A DNA stretch of 62,337 bases, counting the filler, from Globobulimina sp. (Eukaryota), in NCBI GenBank assembly GCA_003354225.1. It is 22 parts of 22 records of this genome, joined end to end, with 100 filler letters (N's around TTAATTAATTAA, not from the genome) between each part and the next. Parts side by side here need not be neighbours in the genome. Positions count along the whole stretch, not along the records: positions 56,767 to 59,502 come from PIVH01005147.1; positions 59,603 to 62,337 come from PIVH01005148.1; 20 more parts are not named here. One strand, given 5' to 3'. Of the stretch, positions 57,950-62,337 are shown piece by piece (position 1 is the stretch's first letter; each line of letters opens with the position of its first letter). The notes beneath the pieces are model-generated. The model did no database searches. It saw nothing but the letters and a program-made list of their open reading frames with translations, and was not told the origin of the DNA. The translations under genes were made by a program, and so were the position numbers.

Positions 57950-59470
57950 CTGGCCTACTTTTAGATGGTGGTGTGGGTAGACCGGCGACGCTTACATCGT
58001 CATAGTAATACTCTATTAGCGTCATCATTAGCTGACCTACTTTTAGATAGGGGGTGAAATTGGTGTCGGCCGCCATTTATTCAGCGTCGGACATTGTTTA
58101 TTCAATGTCGTTACCCTAGCCCAAAGGGATAAGGTCCTACCTGAACATCAAGCGGTTACTGTAACCACCCTGTATCGAATTCAAGTGGTAATCGAAATTT
58201 GGCACACCGCCAAAAATATATCGTGGCTACCCTGTCATCGGAACACCCTCCGTTTCCATAGCAACCAGTGTCTATTGTATACCAATAATGTTGTGACATT
58301 ATCACCTCTTTTTGGGATGGGCGTCGTTTTTCAACAAATAAATTTTCCACGTTCGACAAATAAAATCATCTATTTTCGCGTCGTGCGTTGTTTATATCGC
58401 GCCCGGCACCGTTTTAATAGCGTCAGACACCACCCCGTGACCTATTTTTAGACGGCGCAAAAAATTATTCGCAAATAATCTTTATCAATATATACAGACA
58501 TATTGTGACGTCCTTGTTATAGAACGGACGTCGACAGTTCCCAGTAAAACCGTCACATTGTCCTTGCGACAAGAAGAGGGAGTGATTAGACTCGACCGAT
58601 ATCAGATTACTGGGATACATATAAGCAAAATAAAACTCATTAATATAGAGAGTCGCGAATTTTGAAACATAAACCGTACGGGTCACACTCAAATATATTA
58701 AAAATCTATAAAAATAAATATTTCTGCGTTTAACAAATAAATCGTTTCTTTTTCGCGTCGGGTGCCGTTTAAATCGTGTCGTCGACATTTAATAGGAGTC
58801 GCTTACCATAACTACAGACATTGGGCCCATTCACTGGCTGGCCTATTTTAGACCATACACACGCTATTGACAGTGTCATCATTAGCTGACCTACTTTTAG
58901 ATAGGGGTAAACTGACGACGCTCACGTCATCACAATAATACTCTATTGACGATAGATATACCAATAATCGATAATTAATAATTTATGTTTTAAAATAAAT
59001 ATCAAAATCGATAAAATAGGTGAAAAAACAATAAATATCTCGTTGGGCGTCGTTTATTCGGCGTCGGGCGCCGATTAAATCGCGTCCGATACCGTACCCC
59101 TTCGATCGGAGGTCTATACCCGAACATATATATCAAAAATAGCTGAAAAATCGACAAATATATCGTCGGGCGTCGTTTATTCGGCGTCGGGCGCCGTTTA
59201 TTTACTATCAGATACCGTACCCCGAAGGGGTAAGGTATAACACGTTGTAGCATAGTAAAAGGGCTTTTGGTTAGAATAAATCGTCGGGCGCCGTTTATTC
59301 GGCGCCGGGCGCCGATTAAATCGCGTTCGTTACAGTACCCCGAAGGGGTAAGGTCATACCTGCGCATCCTGGGCGCGAAAATTGAATTTTCCCACTTTTT
59401 TGATAGGTGGCGCGTCGATTAGATAATGATGCGTCGATTAGATAATGCATCACGCGTCGATTATAACCCC
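57950..59470. repeat. CpG-rich complex repeat region with ~120-bp units and dispersed partial copies
   Basis: CGTCGGGCG(T/C)CGTTTATTCGGCG(T/C)CGGGCGCCG at about 59041, 59164 and 59282, with degenerate copies near 58065, 58375 and 58753. CTGACCTACTTTTAGATAGGGG at about 58032 and 58886. Confidence 0.8.
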
Positions 59471-59922
59471 CCACGTTGTGGCATAGCAGTTGGACTCGAC
59501 GGNNNNNNNNNNNNNNNNNNNNNNNNNNNNNNNNNNNNNNNNNNNNTTAATTAATTAANNNNNNNNNNNNNNNNNNNNNNNNNNNNNNNNNNNNNNNNNN
59601 NNCCTGTGTGTTACTTTTGGATGTTTATTTGTTTTATTTTAAGGAAATTGAATGTTGGTCGTTGGGATGTTTGATGAGTTGGCAAATCTATAATATTAAT
59701 TAATTTATCTAAGTGAGTGTGAGGACTGAGTGTCCAAAATTAATTTATTTATCCGTTATTTTTCTTTTCCGTGAATGTTCTTTGTGATTTTAGCTTTGTG
59801 GTTTTTTTTTCTTTTTTGTGTTGTGTACACACCATTGCTAAACATTGTGTTTTTTCACATGTTTACGTTAAATTAATCTAATCCAATCTAACTTAAATGG
59901 AGTAAATATGAAATACACACAG

Positions 59923-61335
59923 TTATTCAGTATCATCGTCAAGATTGGGTATTTTAACTCTGATTGGCTCATTTTCAACAAAAGATTTATTTTGTTTTTG
60001 TTTTTGTGCTAAATATGATGTGGATTTACGCCTTGATGCGCTTTTTGGTGACGTAATCATATCAAATCTTTCCTGACTTCCGCATGCTCGCAATCGTTTA
60101 TTAACATCGTTAGATTTCCTTCTTGATAGTAACGTATTAAATCCACCACCATGTTTTGGCTTTTTTGAAGGTGATGGTGATTTTACAGGCAATGGTTGGA
60201 ACTTTGATGGTCCACGACCGCATGCAATACAATTACCACTTTGTGTACCAAATGACGGTGCTTGTGGTTGTGAACCACCATTATTTGCTGATTGTATTAA
60301 TTCCATTATTTCTTGACGAAAATTTGCTTGTTGATCAAATATTTGTTGCGTTATTTCCTGTTTTATACTATCAACATCGACTGGATTCTTTATCATTGAT
60401 TCTAACTCATTAAATTTTTCATCAACAGACAATTTAAATGTATCTTTTTCTGATTTCATATTTTCAATATCTTGATTAATTTCATTTTGTTGGTTTAATT
60501 GTGTATCAATGTTTGTAGAAATTAATTGTATATTTTCATTTATTTTTGCTGCAAAATTATTGTATATATTGTCTATAAATTGTTGATATTTATTTGTGTC
60601 TAATTTATGTTTTAAATCTTCGATATCTGCTTTTTGTGATAATTCTTTATTTGTTTCAAATTGAAATAGTTGTTGTTTTTCATCAAATTGACTGATTTTA
60701 TTTGTCGTTTCATTTAAACAATTTTCTATTTTTGTATCTAATTCTAATGCTTTATGATGCAATATTTCTGTTAATTGATTGAGGTCATCTTTAAATTTAT
60801 TATCTTGTTCTTGTATTATTTCTTTATTTTCTTCACATCGCATTGATAAACTACGGATTTCATCATTTGTTTCTTGTTGTAAATTTTCAAAATCTTCTTT
60901 TAAAGTGTCGCAATTTTCTAATGATTTACTTACTTTATTTGATATTGCTTCTACAGCGGATAAACATTCTTTCTTTAATAGATCGCATTGATTATTGGTC
61001 ATATCTTTCATTTTATGTAATTTATTATCAACTTCTGTGGATAGCTCAGACAAACATTTTTTCATTTTCTTCATTTCTTTATTTAATGTATCATTTAGTT
61101 GTACACACTTTTCATTACATAAATTTAATTCATTTTTTAAATTGGATATATGTTGGAGTGAGTTTTCAATTTTTTCTTCAATATCTCGTGATTTCTCCAT
61201 TTCATCTTTAAATGCTTCAATAATTCCATAGAAGCCAACTGATAACATCTCAATCGAACCAACAGCACCATGTTGAAAATTCTTCAATGCTGGTTCTACT
61301 TTCACATTTTGTAATTTGTTGAATGCCTCGCTCAT
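59923..61335 (-). CDS. Long coiled-coil protein with a C-terminal CIACGR motif and basic tail
   Basis: 470-aa heptad-rich E/K/Q/N ORF containing LSQKADIEDL..KLD, then CIACGR and HGGGF. Confidence 0.75.
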   Translation of the reverse strand: MSEAFNKLQNVKVEPALKNFQHGAVGSIEMLSVGFYGIIEAFKDEMEKSRDIEEKIENSLQHISNLKNELNLCNEKCVQLNDTLNKEMKKMKKCLSELSTEVDNKLHKMKDMTNNQCDLLKKECLSAVEAISNKVSKSLENCDTLKEDFENLQQETNDEIRSLSMRCEENKEIIQEQDNKFKDDLNQLTEILHHKALELDTKIENCLNETTNKISQFDEKQQLFQFETNKELSQKADIEDLKHKLDTNKYQQFIDNIYNNFAAKINENIQLISTNIDTQLNQQNEINQDIENMKSEKDTFKLSVDEKFNELESMIKNPVDVDSIKQEITQQIFDQQANFRQEIMELIQSANNGGSQPQAPSFGTQSGNCIACGRGPSKFQPLPVKSPSPSKKPKHGGGFNTLLSRRKSNDVNKRLRACGSQERFDMITSPKSASRRKSTSYLAQKQKQNKSFVENEPIRVKIPNLDDDTE

Positions 61336-61410
61336 TTTTTACCAAAGATACACAAATTGTATTTTAAGAGTGTTTTCAACTGAATTCAGTCCAAACTTAA
61401 AAAAAAAAAA

Positions 61411-62337
61411 ATGAACAATGGCGCAGAGCACCAACGAGGTGGTTTATCTCGATTTTGCACAGAAACCACAGAATGGAATGCTCTTATCTGTTCAATCGCA
61501 TTTTTTTTAATATTTTCAGCTTTTGGAACTGTACAGGTATATATATATACACTAAACAACCACACCCACACTAACAACATATATACATAATTAAACAATA
61601 TGAGAAAGAATTACGCAACATCTTCCCATGGAGATGACGGTGCCATATCATTAGCAATCTTGTACATAGTGTTAACATTCAGCAACATCATCGTCCCCTT
61701 ACTAGCCTCTTACATCTCGCCTCGTTGGGCCATGTTTTTAGGGTCAGCCACCTATGCCATCTATGTCGGTGCCAACATCCATGAAGTGAGATACATATTA
61801 TTTGCAGCCGGAGCCTTAGAAGGGTTTGGCGCCGCATTATTATGGGTGGCCCAGGGCTCCTTCATTACGAAATGTTCGCATGAATACGAGTCCAAACACG
61901 AATTACAAATCAATTCACAGTTAGGATATTACAACGGCTTATTTTGGGCTTGGATGGTCTTAAACCAATTCGTCGGCAACTCCCTCGCCGCCGCCTTATT
62001 TTATTTTGACATCCCTACCACCACCGTCTATATCGTGTTCACCACCATTAACATCTTTGGTGTGTGTGTTTTTTTATTAATTAAACCCTTCGACTCGCAA
62101 TCACAGCACATCGAGTCGCAAAGCTACAGAAACGACAGCATACAATCTCCGGCGTCCACGTCTGCGCTCACCAGCAAAAGTCACGAAGGCGACTATCATA
62201 AAGGACAAGTACAGAGTTCCATCATTGACGAAAATGATATGAGCGCTTATAAATACAATCAAAGTCAGAAAAACAAAAGTAATAAGCCGACCTTATCCGA
62301 GATAGAAACGATACCTTTCATTGACAATAAAGTGATA
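61411..62337 (+). CDS. UNC-93/MFSD11-like MFS membrane protein; exon 1 61411-61536, exon 2 from 61609, 3' partial
   Basis: Not in the ORF track. Manual translation gives SIAFFLIFSAFGTVQ|NYATS..GAISLAILY, PRWAMFLGSATYAIYVGAN, GFGAALLWVAQGSFITKCS and GYYNGLFWA. The 72-nt GT-AG intron is in phase 0. Confidence 0.9.

Noticed and set aside
59002-59367. 121-aa ORF with repeated NKRRPTPNKRRPT, or a CRISPR array
   Set aside because: It is a translation of a DNA repeat. The units are degenerate, the segments between them are related to each other and no cas genes are present.
2741-59602. Regularly spaced TTAATTAATTAA palindromes as a CRISPR-like array or nanochromosome/telomere boundaries
   Set aside because: Each is embedded in fixed-length N runs and separates length-sorted contigs, so it is an artificial six-frame-stop linker.
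1-62337. rRNA or tRNA genes
   Set aside because: None were recognised by eye. A tRNAscan-SE or Infernal run would be needed to exclude small RNAs.

Overview
This window is not one contiguous locus. It is 22 short contigs (2740 down to 2735 bp, sorted by length) joined by artificial 100-bp linkers (44 N + TTAATTAATTAA + 44 N), so only neighbourhoods inside a contig are real. The DNA is AT-rich, gene-dense and eukaryotic, with short GT-AG introns (53-119 nt) and the standard genetic code. A canonical alpha-tubulin plus two strongly divergent alpha-tubulin paralogs point to a foraminiferan or other retarian (Rhizaria) host; this is an inference and the bin may be mixed. Recognisable genes include a CNG/EAG-type cation channel, a PPR protein with a possible Smr domain, histone H2A, a cold-shock-domain protein, MFS and UNC-93-like transporters, TAPT1, a Rab escort protein, a TMEM189/PEDS1-type desaturase, a class-3 lipase, XK-like membrane proteins, MRG15/Eaf3, an ABCG half-transporter and a C2H2 zinc-finger protein. 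Mobile DNA includes a BEL/Pao LTR retrotransposon, a DIRS-order tyrosine-recombinase retrotransposon with split direct repeats, an APE-type LINE and several MITE-like elements. The most striking observation is one uninterrupted ORF that fuses a DHAP/glycerol-3-phosphate acyltransferase domain to alkyl-DHAP synthase, possibly preceded by a fatty acyl-CoA reductase tail, which would be a multifunctional ether-lipid synthase. Also notable are a DEG/ENaC-like two-TM channel in a non-animal and an XK-scramblase-like protein fused to an EF-hand and ankyrin repeats. All calls rest on motif recognition by eye; no database searches were run.
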